A program made the position numbers and the translations under genes. A model generated the notes under the pieces. It did no database searches. It was not told where the DNA came from and saw only the letters and a program-made list of their open reading frames with translations. From Setoptus koraiensis (taxonomy: Eukaryota > Animalia > Arthropoda), in assembly GCA_048013815.1 (NCBI GenBank), contig CM106585.1:10292001-10356000 (forward strand): a DNA stretch of 64,000 nt, read 5' to 3'. The stretch's first letter is position 1. Each line of letters opens with the position of its first letter. Positions 1 through 13,013 of this stretch are shown here, in pieces.

Positions 1-341
1 ATCATTCAATATTCAAGAGCTCAAATCATTCTAGCCCTCGCACAATGGTGCGCACTGCACAATTTGGTTGGTCAAGCTTGAATCTGTGCATACTTTCGTA
101 TGAGTCCGGACAAAGGGCCACTAATTGGTATAGCTGAATCTCCCGTCGTAACCTGGCCAATGCGCGGTAGCACTCTCAGTGATCATGGGAGATGAAGAGA
201 ATCATCTGAGGATATATATATATGGGGTATTGATTGATAAAAGAGAAATAAGCTTCGCATTTGAAGTTTTAGTTACAGATGCTGATCTATCTAATTCTTA
301 TTTTCAATGATCTTTTATTGAGTGTCTGAATGTTCCGCACA

Positions 342-580
342 GTCTCGATTCTTTTCTCTCTAGGAGGCTCTCCCTGGGAGTGTATCCTCTATTGACTATT
401 TGATTTCAGTATTTTATGCAACGTCTTGCGCATGGGAGATTGCCTTTTGTCCAGATGATTCGCCTCTCGCAGCTGAACAGCTGAAGGAGCACAAATTGTA
501 GTGCGTCGAACGATGCACAGAATGCACACTTATCACACTTTGTGATATTTGCGCACATTCTGACCATTTTTGTTGTGTTG
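342..580 (-). repeat. Dispersed ~230 bp repeat, copy 1 (inverted relative to 5700-5922)
   Basis: Reverse complement aligns by eye to 5700-5922 (shared GGAGGCTCTCCCTGGGAG, TTGCGCATGGGAGA, ATGATTCGCCTCTCGCAGCT, GCACAGAATGCACACTT) with substitutions and indels. Confidence 0.85.
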
Positions 581-1527
581 TAGCTGCTGACATTAATATT
601 ATATTTATGGTGGACGCAGCGCACAAAGCGCACACTTGGCGAAAAGTGTACACAATGTGCGTAACAAAATTCTAGGGGGCGCTCCAAAGCGCACTCATAC
701 GCCGTCCTGCCTATTTCTATTATTGTTGTTGTTAGTGCTATTGTTATTATTAGTACTATTGTTATTATGAACCCATAATAACTCGCCATTACTGCATCTC
801 TATATTGATTCAAATACAAACGAACTGAACTATTTGGGCATCACAGGAACATCGTTGGTATAGTACAATCAAGTTACTATCATTGTAGATAATCATTTTC
901 ACAGCAGCTCTCCCATATATTAGCATATAGAGAATAGATAGGAAAAAATACGACGCATCAGATTGGGCGAAACATATCATAGGAACAAAGAAGATTGTTA
1001 CTCCGATAGGCAAATCAAAAAGATAGAAGGTCAATCAAAATTGGCTATAGATTTCAATTGGTCAATGGAACAAATTTTTCATCACTGCTGACATCAATCG
1101 GCCTGAAATCGCACACAAATTGCAAATTTACACCTATGCAATCAATTTAGTGTCTGACCATTGGACAATATTATCGGATCGTATTTGTCTCGCTGAATGT
1201 CTTTCTACCTCTGACTTTCACTATTTGGGACACTAAATCAGGGTAGTGTCCACAAATCTATATGTACACTACAATTGATTAGGAGATATTATGTATATTT
1301 GAATTGAACATAGTTACGATCGCTTTATTACTACATAACTGATGTGCCACATATAGATTTTTTTTTTTTTAGGAATAACCAATTGTAGTTAAGACGAGTT
1401 AAAACGAGAACAAATAATAATAGAATTTCGCTCAAAGCCATAAAAAATCAAAGTCATCTACAATCTAGGCAACTACTTGCACAGAGAAATACAACAATAA
1501 CATCGTACAATTGCACACAGCAGTTAG

Positions 1528-2432
<905 letters not shown>

Positions 2433-2709
2433 TAGTTTAATATCTGATTGTATCATCTATGTTATACAATGTAGAATATCAACACGACAACGCTTGATTG
2501 ACGTTTAATCCCAACTTTTTCCCCTATATAGGACGAACTCATAATAAAATTTATTAATTTCACTGGACTAATGAGCTAATAAGCTATCGCCAGATGTTGT
2601 CTTTTGATTCTCGTGAATAGTATGGAACAGTTCGGGAGCGCATCTCTCAAATTGTTACATTTACTTGAGTCCAGATACTGATACTTAAGTCAAAAAAAAT
2701 TAAGCACTT

Positions 2710-2724
2710 GTGGGAATTTCCCAC
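2710..2724. promoter_or_regulatory. Palindrome GTGGGAATTTCCCAC containing a Rel/NF-kB-type site (GGGAATTTCCC) and CSL-like GTGGGAA half sites
   Basis: Perfect odd-length palindrome ~1.3 kb upstream of the DUOXA ATG; function not shown. Confidence 0.3.
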
Positions 2725-4019
2725 TGCAGAGGATGCTGATTTTGTACTTGCATGTGTTACAAGTCAGTGCAAAACTCAAATTGGACTCAACTAACGAACC
2801 TAGTCTCCAATACCGAACGGCTGCTTATGGGTCTATTAATTCACTATGACAGGTCTTCATAACATGGAAATCCCAATTGTTGCAGGGGAGTACTGTATGA
2901 CCACGCATTCTATCGCGATACACATGTAGCGTGGAAGCGAGAACCATGCTGCCTGAACCCTGATCTAGTAATCGCGAGCAAGCTTATCTAACACGTTCAT
3001 AATCGTAGTTACACGCTTATATAATAGTAATCATGAATCAGTAATTTTGTATTGTAATTGATGGATTAGTAATGAGCTTTGAAGTGATAATGAAATCGAC
3101 CCAAACCATTTGCGTCTGTTCTCTTGACTACGAACACAACTGCAAGTCAATTGTTAAGTCGTTTTAAAATGACGCGAGAGTCCCATTTGCGTCAAACAAT
3201 CTATCATGTATTTCTAATACTGATCATTGATTTCCATAAGTCGTGTATCGTTGTAACTCATTCGCTTGCCCAAGCTTTATCTATGCGAAGCTCTTGAGAC
3301 TTGTTGTTACAACTATCCTCTCAACACTCAATCTTGCCCTTCTAAGCTTAGATTGTTAACTTATGTACTCAAGCGAAACTTGTTACATGCGTCCATGAAT
3401 CCACGCTGAATCAATTATGTTGGCGAAGAATTAACGTTAGTGAGAATAGACGTTACTAAAGAGTTATTATTTCTTCGACATCCCAAACTATCGAATACAA
3501 GTATCTTTAGAACAGCGTGCGTCAATAGAGCAGTTGCGTAAAGTAGAAAGCTTACTTCATCATTCATCCATGCAGCGAAAAACACACGAAAGCTAGGCTT
3601 ACAACATAAGCCTACCTCGCCATTCTGTGAGTAGGTCACTAGCGAATGCAACAAGTTTCCATGTTGAACTTGTGGCAGTCTATTGCCAAGCTATACAAAC
3701 CTATGACGCAAAGCCGAACGGGAGAGTGCCGTTATCTCGCTCAGATAGATGTAATTGTTTAGCACACAAGATGCAAATACCGTTATGATGCAATGCACAG
3801 TTAAACCACATCCCATTTCGGAAAACATAACGTGTGTGTGTGTGTGGCTATCTTCCGGGTAATAAGATCAAAATAAACTTCCCACCGGTATATATACATC
3901 GACCGGACCGGAACAGTTATCAAACGACAACATAACCTCATCAAAATAACATCGAAGAAAAAATCAACACAACTTTTCCCAATCAACAATACAACTAATA
4001 ACATCATTACATAACAATC

Positions 4020-5060
4020 ATGTCACCAGATAGTACCAACCATAATAGCGGTCTCGCAACAGAGTCTGATCCCTTCATGAACAGTCAAGGTCCAGTTGTG
4101 TACATGTCATCAAATCGCCTGCCCGCCATAGAGGATGTCAATCAAGTTCTGTTGTACATTCTATTCACAACACTATTTGTATCATTAATAATTGTGGCGC
4201 CCGGGATGAGAAAAAATAAAATGACAACTTTAACTAGCCTTGCAACAGCCATACTACTTGGTGCCAGTATTCTACTATCCCTGAACGGAACCTCTTGGCA
4301 TGTCGGTGAAATAGATATCAACGCTCCCTACAGTGCACTTACCATGAGTAAAGTCTCCGGAAGAGTTGGTGTCAAGATAGGATTGTCATCAGTCAATGTC
4401 ACACTAGTGGGTCACCTAATGGCCCCAAAGAATGTCGATGGCTCAGGAGTAATAAATTTCAACGAAAGATTTACTTGGAATCAACCAGATCAAATGGACC
4501 TAGAATATAGACAAGCGTTGAAACGAGGCCTACCTTATCCAATATTGACCATTGCAGAGTATCTCAGCCAGGATTCAGATGGCTTCAATTGGGGCCGCCA
4601 GTATAGACTAGCCGGATATTATACCAGTATAATGTTGTGGTTTTCATTGGTTAGTTGGATAATAATGCTATTCATGATGTGCGAAATTCCTCGCTACTTC
4701 CCCTACTTGATAAATTCAACAGCTTTACTGATGCTCTCGGCAGTAGCACTATACTCATACCTCATACCATCTAGTATGACACAAGGCAGTAGTATGGCAG
4801 CGATAACATTTGAGAATGTGGCCCTCAGATGCCAGTTTGGTGCCAACTTTTGGTTGACAACAATTGTTGCGGCTCTGGCTTTATTTGCTAGTTCTCTCAC
4901 CATAATCTATCAAATGGCAGCTCATCGAAAGCCATCTGCTTTTGACAAGTCCAGTCAAACAGGTTCTAGCAATAGCTCAACCTTAACACTTGTGGATGGC
5001 TCTCCACATATCAGTGAGAAAAAATCACAAGTGACACATGTGATCATTCCGATGAACTAA
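4020..5060 (+). CDS. DUOXA1: Dual oxidase maturation factor (DUOXA/NIP/moladietz-like), intronless, 346 aa
   Basis: Multi-TM protein with WHVG, NERFTW, GLPYPILTIAEYL, WGRQYRLAGYY motifs. Confidence 0.92.
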   Translation: MSPDSTNHNSGLATESDPFMNSQGPVVYMSSNRLPAIEDVNQVLLYILFTTLFVSLIIVAPGMRKNKMTTLTSLATAILLGASILLSLNGTSWHVGEIDINAPYSALTMSKVSGRVGVKIGLSSVNVTLVGHLMAPKNVDGSGVINFNERFTWNQPDQMDLEYRQALKRGLPYPILTIAEYLSQDSDGFNWGRQYRLAGYYTSIMLWFSLVSWIIMLFMMCEIPRYFPYLINSTALLMLSAVALYSYLIPSSMTQGSSMAAITFENVALRCQFGANFWLTTIVAALALFASSLTIIYQMAAHRKPSAFDKSSQTGSSNSSTLTLVDGSPHISEKKSQVTHVIIPMN

Positions 5061-5153
5061 CTTAGTACATTCAAGTGGGTCATCTAGTCAATATTTTAGG
5101 AATAAATGTAGTAATTAAATAAATTAATCAAATCAATTTCTTGAATATAACAG

Positions 5154-5630
5154 TCAAAGAACACTGTCGCTCTTTATTAATAACATGTAAAGCCTAGACG
5201 AGTGACCACCCTGTTCGTCGGGTATCCTGAATATTTTAGTGATTGTTTCAAATGCTGGATTTGTTTTTAACCACTGTCTCTTGATTGATTCGCCAATGTA
5301 TATAGTATTTTCTATTGCCAAATTAGAACCATATAGCAACAGGCATGAAACAGCTGAACTGTCTTCACTCAAAATTGTCTCAACTTTGAGATTAGGTCGA
5401 TCGTTTGATTTTATAAGGAAAGCTCTTATTCCTTGGGTATTATCACTCAGTCTCGATCTTAGAGCATTGTCGAACGGTTTTATCAGATCATTGACGCCCT
5501 CCGACAATTTAAACTTGGCAGTTTCTTGCTGATCGCCATCCAGGCGTAGCGGCCTCTTGCGTTTCGTTGCCGATTTGACCTTTTTTGAGTTACGTCCATC
5601 ATTGGATTTTGATCGGTGTCTTTTGCCCAT
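5154..5630 (-). CDS. Alba-domain protein, RNase P/MRP subunit RPP25/RPP20-like, 158 aa
   Basis: Basic NLS-like N-terminus; LLYGSNLAIENTIYIGESIKR resembles the Alba core (G-x-G-x-AI..AE..KR) and ends in LYMLLIK like I-x-I-x-LSK. Confidence 0.55.
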   Translation of the reverse strand: MGKRHRSKSNDGRNSKKVKSATKRKRPLRLDGDQQETAKFKLSEGVNDLIKPFDNALRSRLSDNTQGIRAFLIKSNDRPNLKVETILSEDSSAVSCLLLYGSNLAIENTIYIGESIKRQWLKTNPAFETITKIFRIPDEQGGHSSRLYMLLIKSDSVL

Positions 5631-5699
5631 GAAAAGTGGATAGTAATTGCAATGAATTATAATGAAATATTGATATAGACAAATATTGATTGTACACCG

Positions 5700-5922
5700 T
5701 ACAACAACAATGGCCGGAATGTGCGCAAAAACAGCTGCAAAAAGTGTGCATTCTGTGCCTCGTTGAATGCGCTAAACTGGCAATTTTTTCTTCTTCAGCT
5801 GTTTAGCTGCGAGAGGCGAATCATACGGACAAAAAGCACTCTCCCATGCGCAACAAAACATTGCGTCAAATATTCAAGACAGCCTCCCAGGGAGAGCCTC
5901 CCAGAAAGAAAATAATCGAGAC
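5700..5922 (+). repeat. Dispersed ~220 bp repeat, copy 2
   Basis: Homologous to reverse complement of 342-580. Confidence 0.85.
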
Positions 5923-6147
5923 ACTTCTCTATTTATCAATCCCTTATTTACATGATGATCGACGATTCTCTTTATGTGCCATATCCACTTACAATATCCC
6001 CACTTGTTAGAGTGCTCCCCCGCGCATAGAGTAGATTCTACTCCACTAATCATTATTCGGCTCTTTTTCCGACATTATCATCATAGTCATTATAGCATTA
6101 CAATATTTTAATTGGACTGTATTCAGCCAAGAAGCGAGGATACAATC

Positions 6148-8559
6148 ATGGAATTGATAAACGATCTAGATCATCTCATCATTGATTTGGAGTCAAGTGA
6201 TTCTAACAGTGTTGCCTTAGTATTGCGAGCCATTTATCACGGTGACGAGCATGAAAAATTCATGAAAAAACTCGAGGCTAGAATTAAGAATCATGATAAA
6301 GACATTGAGCGTATGTGTAGTGATAACTATCAAGGATTTACCGATTGCATACACGAACTGTTACAAGTGAGGCCCAAGGCCGAAAGTTTAAAACGTGAAA
6401 CCATGGACATTAATTTCGAATTGATGCGCTCCACCGATATTATACAACGCAAAGCCGAAGACTTGATCAAATCGCGCAGGATATTGGTAAACTCAAAGGC
6501 CAGCATAGAATTGTTACAAAATTGTTTACCTGTACTAAATCAATACTCCAAGTTGAATACACAATTAAAAGAACAGAGATATTACACTGCTTTGAAGACT
6601 CTCGAATCATTGGAAAATGATCACTTGCCCACGGTGGCGAATTATCGTTTCGCCCAAGGCATCAGCAAGGAAATACCTCAATTCAGAGAATTAATCAAGG
6701 AAAAATCCACAACAGATCTTAAAGATTTTCTTGCCAACATTTTGCATGCGAGCCAACGGATAGGCGAAGACGATTTGAAAAAATCAGCCAAGCTTCAAAA
6801 CTTAGACGACTATTCCGATCTGTTAGGCAACGACCAATCGCAACAAAACCAAACAGATAAAAACCAAAAAAGAGCATCTCACAAGAAAGTCAAGGCACCC
6901 CAACCGCCCATTCAAAGTGCTGAGGACTCCATTGATTTCACGCCAGTCTACAGATGTTTGCACGTGTTTACATGTCTTGGCTCAAGAGATCAATTTGATA
7001 AATATTATCAGGAGCAACGCCAGAAACAATCTAAATTAGCATTCAATCCTCCTTCAAATATGAGCCAATCCATTTCTTCCTATCGCGACTATTTCAGTTC
7101 TGTTGTAGGTTTCTTCGTCATTGAGGATCGTCTCATGGGCACAACATCTGGTTTAATCAAGCAAAAATACATCGATGACTTATGGAATGACGCTGTACAA
7201 ACAATGACAACAACCTTGAGCGAACAGTACAAGCTCTGTACTGACGCTTCTTTAATGCTTAAAATCAAACGGCTCATGATGCTATTTATTTATACAGTTA
7301 GAAACTATGGCCACAATACCGATCCACTGACCAATATCTTGATAGATATCAGAGATCACTACAATGAAATATTGAAAAAGCAATGGCAAACAATATTCGA
7401 AGATATATTCAAGTCAGATAATTATCATCCTCTAGAAGCCAATAACAATGAACAATATCTCCAAGCAGTGGGAAATTTTAGTCTGTATGAAATAGACGGG
7501 GATAATTTTCCAAAAAAATTTCCCTACTCACCATTGGTGCCAAAAGTTGATAATGAAGTCAGAAAGTTTATCGAGCAGTCTCTGAAATTCTCTCAGGATT
7601 TGAGCAACTCGCAGGCCGAAGATATCGTCAGAAAATCTACTTATCAGTTATTGAATGACATTCTTGGAGGATGCTTATCAAATTTAATTCATAATCCTAG
7701 TCTCAAACTACTCCAACTAATACAAATAATTATCAATACTAATTTCTTAGAAGATTCATTGAAATTATTCGACGAACACATAACATATCAAGTCAACAAA
7801 TATATGGGCTCTGTTTATGATCATGAAACAGATCATACTCAAACTACAAATCAATTTAGATTGCAGGGCAAGTCTATGTTCAAAAATGCTCGAGCTGATG
7901 CCATCACTCAGATCCACAGAAAACTGGAAGATCAAATAGATCAATTTTTAAGTTTAGCTACTTACGACTGGACCATGACCGAGGCTACAGGACAAGCCAG
8001 TAGCTACATCTCAGATTTAATCGCTTGGCTGAAAAGTATTTTCCAAGCTTTCACTAATTTACCTCAAGAGATCGCCCAAAGTGCCTGTATGTCGGCATGT
8101 AAGTATATCGCTCAACAACTTCGCAATATGATTCTGTCTGATGAAATCAAATCCATATCCATAGGAGGACTGGAACAATTCAATCTGGACTTGATTCAAT
8201 GTGAGCACTTTGCCGGATCTGAGCCGGTCAAAGGATTCAAAGAAGGAGATTTATCAATGACATTTGCTGAATTGCGACAATTGTGTGATTTATTTCTATA
8301 CAGCGACTATTCAACATACATCTCAGATATGGGAAAGCAACAGAATAAGTACCTTCGAGTGACAACAGCAACAGCATTGAATGTTGTAGAGAAAATACGC
8401 GAACATGAAGGCAAAAAACACGTGTTTGGTTTGATGAAGAATGATCGACAAAAGTTGTTGGAATCTTTTGCTAAAAGTTTACGTCAGTTGCAACAGCAAC
8501 AGCAAATTCAAAATCAACAATATCAATATTCAAAAGACAAACATTTATTGCAATCTTGA
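6148..8559 (+). CDS. EXOC6: Exocyst complex component 6 (Sec15), intronless; first ATG 6148 (track ORF opens at a TTG at 6112)
   Basis: RIKNHDKDIERMCSDNYQGF, DFTPVYRCLHVF, FSSVVGFFVIED, QQFNLDL-type motifs, FAELRQLCDL. Confidence 0.95.
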   Translation: MELINDLDHLIIDLESSDSNSVALVLRAIYHGDEHEKFMKKLEARIKNHDKDIERMCSDNYQGFTDCIHELLQVRPKAESLKRETMDINFELMRSTDIIQRKAEDLIKSRRILVNSKASIELLQNCLPVLNQYSKLNTQLKEQRYYTALKTLESLENDHLPTVANYRFAQGISKEIPQFRELIKEKSTTDLKDFLANILHASQRIGEDDLKKSAKLQNLDDYSDLLGNDQSQQNQTDKNQKRASHKKVKAPQPPIQSAEDSIDFTPVYRCLHVFTCLGSRDQFDKYYQEQRQKQSKLAFNPPSNMSQSISSYRDYFSSVVGFFVIEDRLMGTTSGLIKQKYIDDLWNDAVQTMTTTLSEQYKLCTDASLMLKIKRLMMLFIYTVRNYGHNTDPLTNILIDIRDHYNEILKKQWQTIFEDIFKSDNYHPLEANNNEQYLQAVGNFSLYEIDGDNFPKKFPYSPLVPKVDNEVRKFIEQSLKFSQDLSNSQAEDIVRKSTYQLLNDILGGCLSNLIHNPSLKLLQLIQIIINTNFLEDSLKLFDEHITYQVNKYMGSVYDHETDHTQTTNQFRLQGKSMFKNARADAITQIHRKLEDQIDQFLSLATYDWTMTEATGQASSYISDLIAWLKSIFQAFTNLPQEIAQSACMSACKYIAQQLRNMILSDEIKSISIGGLEQFNLDLIQCEHFAGSEPVKGFKEGDLSMTFAELRQLCDLFLYSDYSTYISDMGKQQNKYLRVTTATALNVVEKIREHEGKKHVFGLMKNDRQKLLESFAKSLRQLQQQQQIQNQQYQYSKDKHLLQS

Positions 8560-8607
8560 TACCGTACAACTCAAGCTCTCAATTAAATGTTTAAATAAAA
8601 TTTAAAA

Positions 8608-10500
8608 TTAAGATATAACTATATCGTTGTTATTGATTGCTAATTGTTCCTCCAGCCAGATGTACCTTTCCATGAGTGGTCCATAGATTTTTTCACTATC
8701 GGCAGCAGGTTCGGATATAAGTTTCAGTGTTTTTTCGTGCATCTTACCAAACATTGAAACAAACGAAGCCTTGGCTGTGTTATCTTGTAACATAAGCGCG
8801 TATTTTGCCATATAGGCAGTACCGAGACATGCCGAGTTTGGTGTGCTCTGAATATAGACAGGTGCGTTGAAAATATCGGCAATCACATCTAATATGGCTC
8901 TGTTAGCTGAGGCCCCTCCTGTTACGAGAACCCTTTTAATGGTGCCTGCACCAAGTCCGAGCTTCTCACTGTGATGTCTGAGTCGCATAAATTGTCCCTC
9001 GACACACGCCCTTATCTCTATATCGGCTGAATCGAAACCTTTGACCCTCTGATCACGTTCGTTGTAACGATGATCGCCAATACATAATGGATAGATTTCG
9101 CGTAAATCAAAATAAAATCCAATATTGCCAAAATTTCCTCTTGGTGTGCTGTTTAATTTATCGGAGAAGATCTTCCAATCAGAATCAGCATAAATGTCGC
9201 GTATACGTTCTCTTGTTTTTGATCCATTCTTGAAGCAGATTAGACCCATGAATTTGTCACTATCAATAGGATTAACTAGAACGTGTCCATTGAGGCCGGG
9301 TGTGGCTTCCTTCAGCCAAAAGAAGGAAGTATCACTAGTTCCCAAGCTGACAACAACCTCATCTATACCCACGCACATTCCCAATAACGAACCTGGGTTG
9401 TCGCCAGTGAATGATACTATTTTACAATCAGATTGAAAATTGTGGCGCTCAACAAAATACTCAGATATAGAGCCTATAACTTCATTTGAGTTGACAATGT
9501 TTTCACTTTCTTTGTCTGCATCATTATTTCCAGTTAGCTTTAGTCTGAGATCCGATGGGCCGCATCCGTTAAGACACTCCTGTGACCATTGGCCTTGTTT
9601 TATATCTAATAGATTCATACCAGAAGCATCGCTTATATCAAATGGGGCATAATTGCCACAGAATAGTGTCGCCATGAAGTTACTGATCAGTGTTATTCTT
9701 TCGCTCATGTCATACACATCTCTGGCTTTATTGTAAATCTTCGCAATTTGAGGTCCTGTGAACCTTTCATAAGCTCTCGATCCGGTTATTGATGCTAGCT
9801 TTGATGAGCCACCTACCTTAGATTCAAGTTGTTTACATTCTACGCCAGTACTCGAATCCATCCATATTGGTGTATCGTGCAACGAAAAAGCGTCGCTGAG
9901 TTGCTCACTTAGTTGCATGTCTGGATTCAATGAGGCCAGAACCTTCTCAGAATTATGCTTCCAGTAGACACTGCCATGTTGTTGAGCACAGCCCGAGACC
10001 GAGGCCACCATAGAGAAGTCAAGTCCATCCGACTTTAATTTTTCCAAACACAAATCAAGAGCTTTCACCCACATCAAAACAGGGGAAGTTACCCTATTCT
10101 CCTCATCTTTGTGTCTATTTGCTCCACCAATGGTGCTACATAAGTTAATGAGTCGTTAACATGTCATAGCGTTAGTGGAACAAATTACCTCATTTGTTTC
10201 ATGTTGAATTTCGATGATGTACTCACTTGAATTCTGGTAAATCCAAATCAAAGTTGACATGCACATGATGCTCTATCTCGAGTGTGTCATTTATTACAAT
10301 AGCTTTCAGCTAGAAAAGGAACAAGAACATTAATCGATCAAACATGTACAGCCAGTTAGTTCGGTTATCCTTAATTGTTCACTCTGCTCAATCTGACCTA
10401 CCTGTTGAGTGCTCAAATCGAGCCCTAAATATTTCTTGTTTTCACTATTATTTTCATGGATCTTACTGAGGTTATTACATTTGATTTGTGTCTTAGTCAT
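8608..10500 (-). CDS. XYLB: Xylulose kinase; exons 10500-10402, 10309-10227, 10135-8608
   Basis: YLGLDLSTQQ|LKAIVI, DLPEFN|TIGG..VTSPVLMWVKALD, GCAQQHGSVYW, TGSRAYERFTGPQI, TGGASANRAI; two canonical GT-AG introns (92, 91 bp) keep frame. Confidence 0.95.
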
Positions 10501-11450
10501 TGCTGCGGACTATATTTGGTACCATTCAGTTGAACAATAGGACGGAGCTTTTTCGTGTTTTCCTGTCTGGATCGAGATTGATGTGATCTATGTTACTAAT
10601 TTGAAGTTGCCGGTGAGTTTTCGAAGTGTTCAAATTGAAAATTTTGTTACTCGTTGGAATCTCACTTGATAGTTTGATTTAAAAATGAAAGAGCTAAGAT
10701 AGATATGATTTATATGCCTAGTGTCATAGTCAAAACAGGTTATTAATGAATAGTCGAGAGACTGTCGAGACTATACTTTCGTAACAAAAAAATGCGCATT
10801 TTCAGTGAGCTGAGGTTTATTTCATTCTCGGGATAAATTTATGCCGCTCCTTCAACATGGCTTATCGAATCAGATAACAAAATTTGATCGTGATTGATGA
10901 GATAATGAAGACAATGCACGATGACTAAAATAAGTAACTACTTGTTTTGACTATTATGGCATATAGCTTGTAGCTGACAAAAGCTGACAATCTTGGTCAA
11001 CAGACGCGGCAAGTCTGCGTTACGAGATACTCCTGCTATCAACTTTTTCGTTTGTTTATTTTGAATTTGAGACTGTCTGACTGTGCAATCACACTTTTTA
11101 TCTGGATATGATCATGTTATGTAATCATAATCAGTAGGCTTTTATCCTCGAAACGATTTCTATTCTGAGGTACTGACGTGCTCGCTAAGGTTCTCGATAA
11201 AACTTGATCTGTGTGAACTCAACAAGTTTTTTTTAACTATACAGAAAGCAATAAATCTCTATTATACATCTAAAATGATCTTGCGTAAGTCTTTCTGTAC
11301 TGAAAACTAGACATTCTCTACTGTTGTTGATTAATCGTTTATAACCTGACTGGAAAGTGTCTTTTGTCTATGTCAACTAGTTTGGTATCAGTTGATTTAA
11401 CTAATGTTTTCCTTTCTGACATATGTGACAACCAGATCAAGGACACAATA

Positions 11451-11458
11451 TATCGATA
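11451..11458. promoter_or_regulatory. DRE-like element TATCGATA
   Basis: Exact match to the arthropod DREF-binding core-promoter palindrome, ~100 bp upstream of ORF 11550. Confidence 0.3.
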
Positions 11459-11549
11459 CGTATATATACTCATTCGAAACTTGATGATTTCTCACACATA
11501 GAGCAAACAATTGAATAAAACCGCCTACAATACTAATCAAACTGGAAGA

Positions 11550-12005
11550 ATGTCGCGCTTAAAGGAACAGTTCATCAATAAGTGGATCCTCTTGTTATCG
11601 ATCTCTATAGTTTGGTTGATAACATTCAATGTCATTGATAATAATCTACTTGTGTCGAGTAAGACGCTCAGCGCCATGCTGATGCTTCAAAGGACATCGG
11701 TTATGAGGTTTGTATCAATCGATATCGTTTTGCAACACTGTGACTATCATCTCATTACAGTAATTATCATCATGTTCATTCTTATTACCAGATTTTGTTA
11801 TCAACCTGGAGATCCACCGGCTCAACAGGTAGCACCTATTAGTAGTCAATGTGTTTACTGCAATAAGAACATGTTTGATTACACTCTGTTACAGTGTACC
11901 GGTTTATCGGCCGTCACTCAAAACATCAACACAAGCCAAGCATTTTGCATCATTACGCAATGCTTAGAACAAATAAGAGATCAGATGCCCGTTCTATTGG
12001 GCTGA
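11550..12005 (+). CDS. Possible small membrane/secreted Cys-containing protein (orphan); possible in-frame 102 bp intron 11659-11760
   Basis: ATG 11550, hydrophobic N-terminus, GTAAGA..TTACAG pair of locally typical size, upstream DRE; no family recognised. Confidence 0.3.
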   Translation: MSRLKEQFINKWILLLSISIVWLITFNVIDNNLLVSSKTLSAMLMLQRTSVMRFVSIDIVLQHCDYHLITVIIIMFILITRFCYQPGDPPAQQVAPISSQCVYCNKNMFDYTLLQCTGLSAVTQNINTSQAFCIITQCLEQIRDQMPVLLG

Positions 12006-12612
12006 CCGATAAATGATTGATGTAAGAAACTCATCAATGGTACCCCCAGACATATGATCTGATTATAATTGACATGAACGAACAAGTTCAACATTGCATC
12101 GCTTTATTGGTTAAGCTTTGTTTGGACTCCATAAGACACCCAATTGGAGTTGTGACACTAACAGCTAATAATCTCGTTAGCAAACTAACGTCACAACTGT
12201 CCCACACAAAACAAAAACTTATCACAACTTGATCTACTACTCAATTTACGCCGTAACAAGTTGGTCTAATGACAATGCCCTCGAAACTTGAAGCGATTTC
12301 GAGTGCTCATTTTGGCGCCAAGTCTAGCAGTCAGTTTTCACTCTATTGTCGATTCTGTTATGCACTGCTATTACGCACAGCGTGTTTCTCTCAGGCAGAT
12401 TTCACAAGGAGAGATTCAGGTTGTGCCGCAAAATGTGCACAGATTACAACCTGCGCAAAAGTAACGTATTTTCAGAGCAAACAATAAAGGCTGCTTTTGA
12501 GAACCATTGTTATTTGAGGCGATTTGAATCTTTCACTAACATTTATTCTGTTATCCGGCAACCATTCACAATTTAAATTTATGTCATATATTCAAACTTC
12601 CCGTCATACAAA

Positions 12613-13002
12613 ATGAAAATCGACAACGAAATAAATAAAATCAGCGAGGAGTATATTCCAACTTTGGATCTTGTGGACAAGCCTCTCACTATAGAAACAA
12701 GCGAGCGAATCTTTGATCTGACACGAGAGGTTAAGCGACTCAAGAAACTAAACGATCATGACGAGAGGAAGATCGAGAAGAATAAAACTCACATCAAGGA
12801 ATCGAAAGAGACGATTGCAAAAGGTGATGATCTGATTAGTTTGCTCACAGATCAGTACGAGAAAAATGTGACGAAATATAACGCGGAGAAAGAACTTATA
12901 GATGCCACAATTGAGTTTTGGAAACAGATTCTCCCTAGAAATCAAGAATTGTTACAGATGATTTTGAAAGAAAATGAAGCATTTATTAATTATCTCCAAT
13001 AG
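12613..13002 (+). CDS. Hypothetical 129 aa K/E-rich coiled-coil protein
   Basis: AAAATG start context, protein-like composition with heptad pattern, stop 11 bp from UBR3 stop; no family recognised. Confidence 0.6.
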   Translation: MKIDNEINKISEEYIPTLDLVDKPLTIETSERIFDLTREVKRLKKLNDHDERKIEKNKTHIKESKETIAKGDDLISLLTDQYEKNVTKYNAEKELIDATIEFWKQILPRNQELLQMILKENEAFINYLQ

Positions 13003-13013
13003 ACCCTGGGGCA

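Noticed and set aside
406-819. 137 aa ORF as a gene
   Set aside because: Its similarity to ORF 5721-5915 is explained by the non-coding dispersed repeat; frames and lengths are not conserved
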